This document shows positions 52,812-64,000 of a DNA stretch of 64,000 nucleotides, one piece after another. Every line of letters starts with the position of its first letter. The stretch's first letter is position 1. The position numbers and the translations under genes were made by a program. The notes beneath the pieces are model-generated. The model searched no databases. It was not told the origin of the DNA and worked only from the letters and a program-made list of their open reading frames with translations. Source of the stretch: Eledone cirrhosa (Eukaryota); contig OZ024754.1 of the NCBI GenBank assembly GCA_964016885.1, forward strand, positions 16,616,001 through 16,680,000. Direction: 5' to 3'.

Positions 52812-53233
52812 TACCTATCTACCGGCCTTTCTGGAGAATTGTAAAAGCACATATCGTTATATGCTTTTTCTATGAAAATTAGTAGTGGGCAGACTAATTT
52901 GCATAGAGTGTGAGTACGCACCGGTTCAGCGGAGACGATAAAAACAAATAACGAAACGAAATTAAATTTCGTTTCGTTTGTAACTCACTTTTGTATGACT
53001 GACGCTTAAACAATTAAGTTAAAAATGTACATCTACATATGCATACTGAAATACTAGTGTGTATATGAATACACACACGTATACATATGTAGGTGTACCA
53101 AGTCTTTCACTGGTCGCTTTGCAGTGAGCGGCCAGCTATTCTGTATGTAAACACACAGACAAACCGGTTTTTAGAGTCATACTGGTTTTTCGGGGGAACA
53201 CCTTCCCCCTATTCTCCAGAAAGCCAGACAAGG

Positions 53234-53278
53234 AATATTGAACTAGTTTCGTTGTTGTTACAACTCATCAGCAATATT
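53234..53278 (-). ncRNA. type I hammerhead ribozyme, 467-bp unit 2
   Basis: Same sequence as 52767-52811. Confidence 0.9.
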
Positions 53279-53858
53279 TACCTATCTACCGGCCTTTCTG
53301 GAGAATTGTAAAAGCACATATCGTTATATGCTTTTTCTATGAAAATTAGTAGTGGGCAGACTAATTTGCATAGAGTGTGAGTACGCACCGGTTCAGCGGA
53401 GACGATAAAAACAAATAACGAAACGAAATTAAATTTCGTTTCGTTTGTAACTCACTTTTGTATGACTGACGCTTAAACAATTAAGTTAAAAATGTACATC
53501 TACATATGCATACTGAAATACTAGTGTGTATATGAATACACACACGTATACATATGTAGGTGTACCAAGTCTTTCACTGGTCGCTTTGCAGTGAGCGGCC
53601 AGCTATTCTGTATGTAAACACACAGACAAACCGGTTTTTAGAGTCATACTGGTTTTTCGGGGGAACACCTTCCCCCTATTCTCCAGTTACAAACGAAACG
53701 AAATTTAATTTCGTTTCGTTATTTGTTTTTATCGTCTCCGCTGAACCGGTGCGTACTCACACTCTATGCAAATTAGTCTGCCCACTACTAATTTTCATAG
53801 AAAAAGCATATAACGATATGTGCTTTTACAATTCTCCAGAAAGGCCGGTAGATAGGTA

Positions 53859-53903
53859 AATATTGCTGATGAGGTGTAACAACAACGAAACTAGTTCAAT
53901 ATT
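53859..53903 (+). ncRNA. type I hammerhead ribozyme, inverted unit (T>G at 53874 in helix II)
   Basis: AATATTG CTGATGA GGTGTAACAACAAC GAAA CTAGTT CAATATT. Confidence 0.85.
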
Positions 53904-54196
53904 CCTTGTCTGGCTTTCTGGAGAATAGGGGGAAGGTGTTCCCCCGAAAAACCAGTATGACTCTAAAAACCGGTTTGTCTGTGTGTTTACATACAGAATA
54001 GCTGGCCGCTCACTGCAAAGCGACCAGTGAAAGACTTGGTACACCTACATATGTATACGTGTGTGTATTCATATACACACTAGTATTTCAGTATGCATAT
54101 GTAGATGTACATTTTTAACTTAATTGTTTAAGCGTCAGTCATACAAAAGTGAGTTACAAACGAAACGAAATTTAATTTCGTTTCGTTATTTGTTTT

Positions 54197-54285
<89 letters not shown>

Positions 54286-54360
54286 GTATATATATGTATA
54301 TATATATATATGTATATATATGTATATATATATATATGTATATATATGTATATATATATG

Positions 54361-54479
<119 letters not shown>

Positions 54480-54812
54480 GTATATATATATATGTATGTA
54501 TATATATATGTATATATATATATGTATGTATATATATATATGTATGTATATATATATGTATATATATATATGTATGTATATATATATATGTATGTATATA
54601 TGTATGTATATATGTATGTATATATGTATATATGTATGTATATATGTATGTATATATGTATGTATATATGTATATATGTATGTATATATGTATGTATATA
54701 TATATGTATGTATGTATATATATATATATATATATGTATGTATATATGTATATATGTATGTATATATGTATGTATATATATATGTATGTATGTATATATA
54801 TATGTATGTATG

Positions 54813-54965
<153 letters not shown>

Positions 54966-54966
54966 T

Positions 54967-55190
54967 AGTGAAGGCGTGTGGCTGAGTGGTTAGAGTATTG
55001 GATTCACAATCGTGAGGTTGTGAGTTCGATTCCTGAACCAGGCGATGCGTTATGTCCTTGAGCAAGACACTTTATTTCACGTTGCTCCTTCTACCTGGAG
55101 TTGCGACCGATAGATAGTATTAGCAATTGGAAAGACCAACGGAAACATAGTTTCCTCGGTCCGATTTGACGAAAGTCGATCGACTAGAAC
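54967..55190 (+). mobile_element. tRNA-SINE family C (B-type head, distinct structured 3' domain)
   Basis: TGGCTGAGTGG A box, GAGTTCGATTCC B box. Close copy at 56349. Confidence 0.9.
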
Positions 55191-55214
55191 ATATATATAT
55201 ATGTACGTATATAT

Positions 55215-55537
55215 AACTTTGAATAACTTTGAATAACTTTGAAATGTTTTGGCCAGTATTGGCCCAGGCCATGTCTAACTTAATAGCACCACCTGGCGAA
55301 GTCTTTCAATTCAGGATTTGGGCACCATGGCCCATTCGAGAAGAGAATTACTGTTTGCGGAGACATATCCGGGTGTGGGTGGTTTGTCCGGGATTACTTG
55401 GAGGAATTTGTCCAAAGACTTCTTGAATTTTGTGTGGTCAGTTTCTGTTTTGACGTGTCCTGGTGTGATGTTGAAGAGAGCAGGGCCGATTGAGGTGAAA
55501 TAATTGTGCCGTATTGTTGTTATGAGTTGCGATTTAG

Positions 55538-55538
<1 letters not shown>
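55215..55538 (-). mobile_element. short 3' copy of the CR1-group LINE at 45047
   Basis: Matches 45047-45361, with one extra tail unit. Confidence 0.95.
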
Positions 55539-55569
<31 letters not shown>

Positions 55570-55606
55570 GTATGTATATATGTATGTATGTATATATATA
55601 TATATG

Positions 55607-55645
<39 letters not shown>

Positions 55646-55660
55646 ATATATATATATATG

Positions 55661-55751
<91 letters not shown>

Positions 55752-55916
55752 GTATGTATATATATATATATATGTATGTATATATATATATATATATATG
55801 TATGTATATATATATAAATATATATATGTATGTATATATATATAAATATATATATGTATGTATATATATATAAATATATATATGTATGTATATATATATA
55901 AATATATATATGTATG

Positions 55917-55977
<61 letters not shown>

Positions 55978-56280
55978 ATATTTATATATATATATGTATA
56001 TATATATATGTATGTATATATATATAAATATATATATGTATATATATATATGTATGTATATATATATAAATATATATATGTATGTATATATGTATGTATA
56101 TATTTATATATATATATGTATATATATATATGTATGTATATATTTATATATATATATGTATATATATATATGTATGTATATATTTATATATATATATGTA
56201 TGTATATATATATATAAAAATATATATGTATGTATATATATATATGTATATATATATGTATGTATGTATATATATATATG

Positions 56281-56343
<63 letters not shown>

Positions 56344-56348
56344 GTATA

Positions 56349-56583
56349 AGTGAAGGCGTGTGGCTGAGTGGTTAGAGAATTGGATTCACAATCTTGAGGT
56401 TGTGAGTTCGATTCCTGGACCAGGCGATGCGTTATGTCCTTGAGCAAGACACTTTATTTCACGTTGCTTCTTCTACCTGGAGTTGCGACCGATAGGTAGT
56501 ATTAGCAATTGGAAAGACCAACGGAAACATTGTTTCCTCGGTCCGATTTGACGAAAGTCGATCGAGTAAAAAAAAAAAAAAAA
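56349..56583 (+). mobile_element. tRNA-SINE family C with poly(A) tail
   Basis: As 54967, ending in A16. Confidence 0.9.
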
Positions 56584-56607
56584 TATATGTATATATATAT
56601 ATATGTG

Positions 56608-56646
<39 letters not shown>

Positions 56647-56693
56647 GTATGTATGTATATATATATGTATGTATGTATATATATATATGTATG

Positions 56694-56776
<83 letters not shown>

Positions 56777-56821
56777 GTATGTATATATATATGTATATAT
56801 ATATATATATGTATGTATATG

Positions 56822-56888
<67 letters not shown>

Positions 56889-56911
56889 GTATGTATATAT
56901 GTATGTATATA

Positions 56912-56958
<47 letters not shown>

Positions 56959-56959
56959 G

Positions 56960-56997
<38 letters not shown>

Positions 56998-57014
56998 TAT
57001 ATATATGTATGTAT

Positions 57015-57054
<40 letters not shown>

Positions 57055-57055
57055 G

Positions 57056-57088
<33 letters not shown>

Positions 57089-57175
57089 GTATATATATGT
57101 ATGTATATATATATATATATGTATATGTATGTATGTATATATATATGTATGTATATATATATGTATGTATATATA

Positions 57176-57620
<445 letters not shown>

Positions 57621-57637
57621 GTATGTATATATGTATG

Positions 57638-58309
57638 TATCAACTCCCAGAACAATAGGTGGCTCGCTGTCTCATCCAAAGACGTGCCCAGAGTCATGCA
57701 GACAAAGTTTCCAGTGACAACATTGGTCTTAGGTGTCATCAGCAGTCAAGGTGACGTCATGCCACCTCACTTCTTCCCTGAGGGCCTCAAGCTGAACACC
57801 GATGGCTACATCCATGTTCTGAGCAAAGTAGTAAAGCTCTGGATCGACCAGGTAGCTGCAGGTAGGCTGTACGTGTGGCAGCAAGACTCATGCCCTGCCA
57901 TATCAGCCGAAAGACCCAAGCCTGGCTGTCAGAGAACTTCGTCGACCACACTTCACCTGACATCTGGCCTCCCAGCTCGCCTGACTGCAACCCCCTCGAC
58001 TTCTTTGTGTGGGGCGCAGTGGAATGAGACACCAACAGATCTAGCTGCAATATGAAAGACGATCTGAAGGCCATGATCAAAGTGCCTTTAGGGGACTAAT
58101 TTGGGGGACTGTGATGAAGGCCTGCAGCCGGTTCTAAGGCTGCCTTGAAGCCGTCATCAAAGCCAATGGCGGGTTTATTGAGTGAGATTGAAAGAACAAG
58201 TCATGAAGACAAACTGCCCCAAGTTTGATAAACATATCTTAAAAAATAAAACTACTGTGTTATTTTTTCCTAGACAGTAATCTTGCAAACAAATATTGTC
58301 CGCACCCTG
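57638..58309 (+). mobile_element. Tc1/mariner (maT/DD37D-like) transposon, 3' half, disrupted transposase
   Basis: VLGVISS.G...PPHFF, WQQDS, then after a frameshift [16 protein letters not shown]. Right end CACCCTG followed by TA. Confidence 0.88.
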
Positions 58310-58332
58310 TATATACTGTATATATATGAATG

Positions 58333-58377
<45 letters not shown>

Positions 58378-59279
58378 ATATATCATCATTTTCATCATCA
58401 TTTTACATCCGCTCTTTCAATGTATGTATGTATATTTATATGTGTATGTGTGTGTTTCATATTGTAAAGTGATGTGTTTTATAAAGTGAGTCACATAAAA
58501 TAAATCAATATGATAATTATTTGGGAATGTTTATAGCGATAGAAAGGAATAAACTTTATTCATACACAAGAGTATAGAGTAGAGTCAGTGATGAAATGAC
58601 TTATTTTTCTCCTTGTTTCTGTGATAAGACTGCAGTTATGATGGGACGTCACTTTCAAATATTTATTCCTTCACTTTGACCCCCAGTGTTTATTTTATTG
58701 ATCTATATTTATCAAATAACTAAATTACAGAACAGAAAAGTCTCACAAGAGATGGTCGCAAGTATTTTATTTGATTTCACTTGAGATATAAAGCAAATTA
58801 CTGATATATCATGTTACACAGATGTTGCATAATGATGCTATTTGTTAAAAAAAGAGTAGACTGAAGCAATGTGATAATATTTTAGTCATGGCTATAGATG
58901 TAAAATGAGATAAAGCTTTATTCCACACACAAGGGGGATAAAATGGAATCCAAGATGAAACCATCGTCCTTTTGCTTTCTTTTACTGGTTTTAGTTATTG
59001 AAGAGTAGCCTTGCTAGGGAACCATCCTTCGAGGGTTTAGTTGATGATATTGACCCCAGTACACATGTCAGTCTATTTATTCTATCAGTCTCTACATACA
59101 TATGTATATGTATGCATGTATGTATATATGTATGCATGGGTGCATGTATGTGTGTTTGTATATATATGTATGTGTGTGTGTATGTATGTATGTATATATG
59201 TATGTATGGGTGCATGTATGTATGTAAGTATTATGTATGTATGTATATATGTATGTATATATGTGTGTATGTATGTATA

Positions 59280-59884
59280 GGTCACCACTTGGTGCTACTG
59301 GTAACATGTATCCCAGTACAACCTGTCTCATGGTCGGGTCGTTGGCGACTAAACTGGCAACCCGACCAAGGTTTCTTGGTGAGGAGGGTGACTTTGGACA
59401 TCCTGCAGGACTAAAAACAAAACCTGTCAAAGGGCAAAGGAGCTCTTAAGAGTCAATGGCCATCCAAAATCACAGGGAGAGATGACCCCTTAGCCTTTGT
59501 CAAGGCAGAATTCTAGGAGAAGGAAAACTCTGATATAACACCTGCAACCCTGATGGTATCCAATGATGTTGACTTGTTCTTCTTTTTGGTAAATATCATC
59601 TTGGTTAAGAGAGTGGGACTGGCTTTGTGCAGTGCCTTTGCTCACTATAAAAGCTTCACGGCACAGGCATTGCTTTATATCTGGAGATCTCTCTGCACTT
59701 GTCGTCACATGGTACCATGGGCCTGGCACTATGTGTCAATAATTGTCACAATTGTAGTGTTTGTACCAGAGTTTTCAAGTCGCTGGCTGGACTAAAAAGT
59801 CACACTCGTTCAGCGCATCGGTAGGGGTTCTCCTACATGGATATAAAGTAGTGGCCGTACTCGAAAACGAGTTGGCAGCCACCA
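59280..59884 (+). mobile_element. ~605-bp non-coding retroposon-like element (possibly RTE-related)
   Basis: Repeated at 61027 and 38815. Structured 5' end and 3' stem-loop GTGGC...CTCGAAAACGAG...GCCAC, followed by microsatellite. Confidence 0.7.
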
Positions 59885-60300
59885 TATATGTATATATGTA
59901 TGTATGTATATATGTATATATATGTATGTATGCATATATGTATATATGTATGTATGCATGTATGTATGTGTATGTATGCATGTATGAATGTATGTATGAG
60001 TGCATGTAAGTATGTATATATGTATGTATGTATGCATATATGTATATATATATATGTATATATGTATGCATGTGTGCATGTATATATGTATATATATGTA
60101 TGTATGCATATATGTATGTTTATATGTATGTATATATATATGTATGCATGTATGTATATATGTATGTATGCATGTATGTATGTATATATGTATATATATA
60201 TGTATATATGTATGCATGTGTGTATGTATATATGTATATATATGTATGTATGCATATATGTATGTTTATATGTATGTATATATATATGTATGCATGTATG

Positions 60301-60335
<35 letters not shown>

Positions 60336-60660
60336 GCATGTATGTATGTATATATGTATGTATATATGTATATATGTATGTATATATGTATATATGTATA
60401 TTTGTTCTTCTGGTTTTATAATTTCACAAATTTTTACCAATAGAGAGAGAGTCGGTTTCTAACATAGACACAAGACTCTCTCATTGGAATTTACACAACA
60501 TCAACTAGGTAGATATGTATGTATGTCTGCATGTGTAGATATGGATGTTATTGTATGGGTGGATGTGTATGTTTTGAGTTGTATGTGTGCATGTGTATAT
60601 GCAGTTATTAGATGCAACATTTTTGGAATGTTTTATATATTTTTACCCTTCCATTAATGG

Positions 60661-60691
<31 letters not shown>

Positions 60692-61026
60692 TGTATGTAT
60701 GTATGTATGTATGTATATATGTATATATATATGTATATATGTATGTATATCTATATATATGTATATATATATGTATATATATGTATATATATATATGTAT
60801 ATATACATGTATATATATATATGTATATATATATGTATGTATGTATATATATATGTATGTATGTATATATATATGTATGTATATATATATGTATGTATAT
60901 ATGTATGTATATATATATGTATATATATATGTATATATGTATATATATATGTATATATATGTGTATGTATATATGTATGTATATATGTATGTATATATGT
61001 ATGTATATTTGTTCTTCTATATTACC

Positions 61027-61434
61027 GGGAGAGATGACCCCTTAGCCTTTGTCAAGGCAGAATTCTAGGAGAAGGAAAACTCTGATATAACACCTGCAAC
61101 CCTGATGGTATCCAATGATGTTGACTTGTTCTTCTTTTTGGTAAATATCATCTTGGTTAAGAGAGTGGGACTGGCTTTGTGCAGTGCCTTTGCTCACTAT
61201 AAAAGCTTCACCGCACAGGCATTGCTTTATATCTGGAGATCGCTCTGCACTTGTCGTCACATGGTACCATGTGCCTAGCACTGTGTCAATAATTGTCACA
61301 AGTGTAGTGTTTGTACCAGAGTTTACAAGTCGCTGGCTGGGCTAAAAAGTCACACTCGTTCAGTGCATCGGTAGGGGTTCTCCTACATGGATATAAAGTA
61401 GTGGCCGTACTCGAAAACGAGTTGGCAGCCACCA
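61027..61434 (+). mobile_element. 5'-truncated copy of the 59280 element
   Basis: Matches ~59475-59884 with the same 3' end. Confidence 0.88.
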
Positions 61435-62130
61435 TGTATATATGTATGTATATATATATATGTATATATATATGTATATATGTATGTATATATATATGTA
61501 TGTATGTATCCATGGATGGATACATCTGTAACTCCTGATGGAGTTGATGGGATACCATAATTATATACAACATTTTAAACACCTGTTAGAGAGAGAGAGA
61601 GTTAAGAAACAAATATAAAGGAATAATTGACCCCAGTATTAAACTGGTACTTTTTTTATCGCCCTTGAAAAGATCTTCTTCACCCACTTATTCCTGAGAG
61701 GGTTGTGAGGGCAGAGACCTCAAACACTCCCTCTAGCAGGTCCTGTCAGAAGCAACCGTCTCCAACTGATCCACTTAGATCCCAAATCATAACCAGCCAA
61801 GCTCATGGACGTTAATCCAACCATCTTGTTCAGGGTCCTTTCTTGAAAGGATGAAAGGCAAAACTGATGTCAGTGGGATTCCAAGCACAGGGAACAGAAG
61901 CAGAATGAATCCCACAAAGCATTCTATCCAACGTTCTAAATGATTCTGTGGGCAGCAGACATAATGGGAAATACCAAATAGTTGTCTCAGACTGCCAGAA
62001 GCTTACTTCTATTTTATGTTGATCATCGGTGACTCTGCACCAATTTTTACCATTACATCTAATGATTATTGCCTCGTAATTGATATAACAATTATATTCT
62101 GGTGTCTGTCTGATTAAAGGGAATGCATCA

Positions 62131-63029
62131 TCTATATATATAAAACTGAGGTTGTCTGTCTGTCTACTAAAACGGTCAGCACACATCTCCTCCTAAACCG
62201 TACTTTCAAATTTCGGTGAAATTGCTACATTTATAGATGAAAAAATTTTCAAATCGACCCACGCCAAGTGCAAAAATCGAATTTGTAATGTATTGATTTT
62301 TGAGTTCAAATGTATAAATAGAGATGAGAGACGAGTTATTTCCCTTTTATGGCGTCATTTGTTTATCTATTTACGTTACGAACAAACTACGCGTGCAAAA
62401 GTACAAAAAATACACGAACAGTTTTCGGGCCAGCAAAATTTTAGCCTGCAAAATTCATGAGTTCGAAATTTCAACATTAAGCTTCCATTTTGCTTCATTT
62501 CCATTAAAAAGTCTTTTAAAACAATATTTTTACTTGAAAACAAGCCTATTTGATTACACTGTAAAACAAGCCAATATTTTGTAAAAAAAAAAAGCATTGA
62601 TCTATATATATAATCTCGAATAAAGCCTTATGAGATTTTCATTTAGAAGCAATGATTTTAAACGACAGACAGATAACGCATTTTTTTTTTTTTTGTTTTT
62701 CATGTCCATCCAATTTCTTTGTTTCAAAATAACTGATAGTTTGGTTACGCTGATGTTTTTCTCTGAGACAAGTGTTGCAGTGTTTACATTTTCGATTTTT
62801 GTTAATCGATTACCAGTGCAGTTTTTATCCCCAGCATCCTCTTTTGTTTTAACATTCGGGTTATGGTTATGTTTTCTTAACTTCATAAGGCATACTGTTG
62901 GTTGAGGGAATATTAATCAAAAGTACCACACTGTAGACTCAACAGTTTTTAAGCCAAGAAAGGAACTTAACATTGCAACTTTAACACAGCTACCGAGCAG
63001 CCCCGAGCAATGCCGGGCTTTACTGCTAG
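62131..63029 (+). mobile_element. non-autonomous Helitron
   Basis: A|TCTATATATATAAAA...(GTCT)n 5' end. 3' hairpin CCCG.GCAATGCCGGG then CTAG|T. No TSD. Confidence 0.8.
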
Positions 63030-63645
63030 TATTCTATAAGAGTAATTTTTTTTTTTGATATTTTTTCCCTCTACTTTTCTGTAATTAAGAAAGTAACTAT
63101 TCTACAGACATGTCTAACAGAGACGGGCATAATATAGAATGACTGATGTTTCTAATGATATTGGTGCTTGGAATAACACATTCACATGTGATAATAGATT
63201 AGCTTAATTACTTTAATATAATTAGTGGGCATATTTAATTTAATACTTCAAATAATATAAAATATCAAATTGAATAATTGTTTCTACTTTTGGCACAAGG
63301 CCAGCAATAACCCAGTGCATTACTGGTATATCTAATTGAATAATGCAGAATAAAACCTTTGTATCTTTCTGTAGCAATGCAGCAGTAAATTTTCTGCTGT
63401 ATTTCAATGATAGCTAGGGTCTAATTCATAATGGTCAATTGATATAATCAAAAGTCCAATCAGTTGGAAGGAGATTTGATTTGCAACTGGAAATGTTCCT
63501 ACTGTTAAACCTGATTCATTTAGAAATCTTTGTAATCTTTTGTAATCACCAAACTTGGTTTCTTGATTCTCCTAATTTTTAATGATAAAGTTGCTGTTTA
63601 TAATTCATAAAGTATGTAAGAACTATAATTTTACTTTCTCTAGAA

Positions 63646-63955
63646 CAGTGCTTCTCAAACTATCTGATGTGCCAAACCGGCATTTTTTTTTCAATGTGCC
63701 ACGTACCGCTAATATTTCGTAGTAATATTAATTTATACTGGAAACGATATATATAATGAATATAATAATAGTTGACCATTTTTTTATCTTCTATTTATTT
63801 TGTAAACAAATAATACAATATCAAAACATATAAAAAAGTAATAAAAAAAATTCCTCAAATGATTCCTTAGCATGGACTGGACACTGGCCGCGTACCGGTA
63901 GCTGATGGCTCGCGTTCCGGCACCGGTCCGTGGACCACCACTTTCAGTAGCACTG
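63646..63955 (+). mobile_element. hAT (Charlie-like) MITE
   Basis: TIR CAGTGCT.CT.AAA pairs with TTTCAGTAGCACTG. Perfect 8-bp TSD CTCTAGAA (63638-63645 and 63956-63963). Confidence 0.92.
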
Positions 63956-64000
63956 CTCTAGAACATTCTCTCACACAGCAGCCTCAAATTATACTTAATA

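Noticed and set aside
52626-52844. 72-aa ORF repeated in the 467-bp unit
   Set aside because: GTG start, no motif, antisense to the hammerhead. Recurrence reflects the repeat.
54972-55045. Bona fide tRNA gene
   Set aside because: A and B boxes continue into a SINE core present in several copies.

Overview
Eukaryotic, AT-rich, repeat-saturated DNA with no recognisable host protein-coding exon. The SINE families and the huge (TA)n/(TATG)n tracts suggest an octopod cephalopod (inference). Positions 102-16.8k are one tRNA-derived SINE whose 40-bp A-box head has expanded into a ~16.5-kb minisatellite. The rest is nested SINEs, LINE fragments (RTE, R4/Dong, CR1), DNA-transposon relics (maT/mariner, piggyBac- and hAT-type MITEs, a Helitron), a broken Penelope-like element (PLE) and several non-coding PLE-type ends carrying hammerhead-ribozyme (HHR) folds. 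The main candidate is a non-coding 467-bp, highly structured unit with a type I HHR at 52545-54199 (2.4 tandem copies plus 1.1 inverted). It looks like a retrozyme, and its inverted-copy-plus-tail insertion pattern matches the neighbouring PLE, suggesting mobilisation in trans by Penelope machinery. All RNA folds were read by eye and coordinates of degenerate repeats are approximate.
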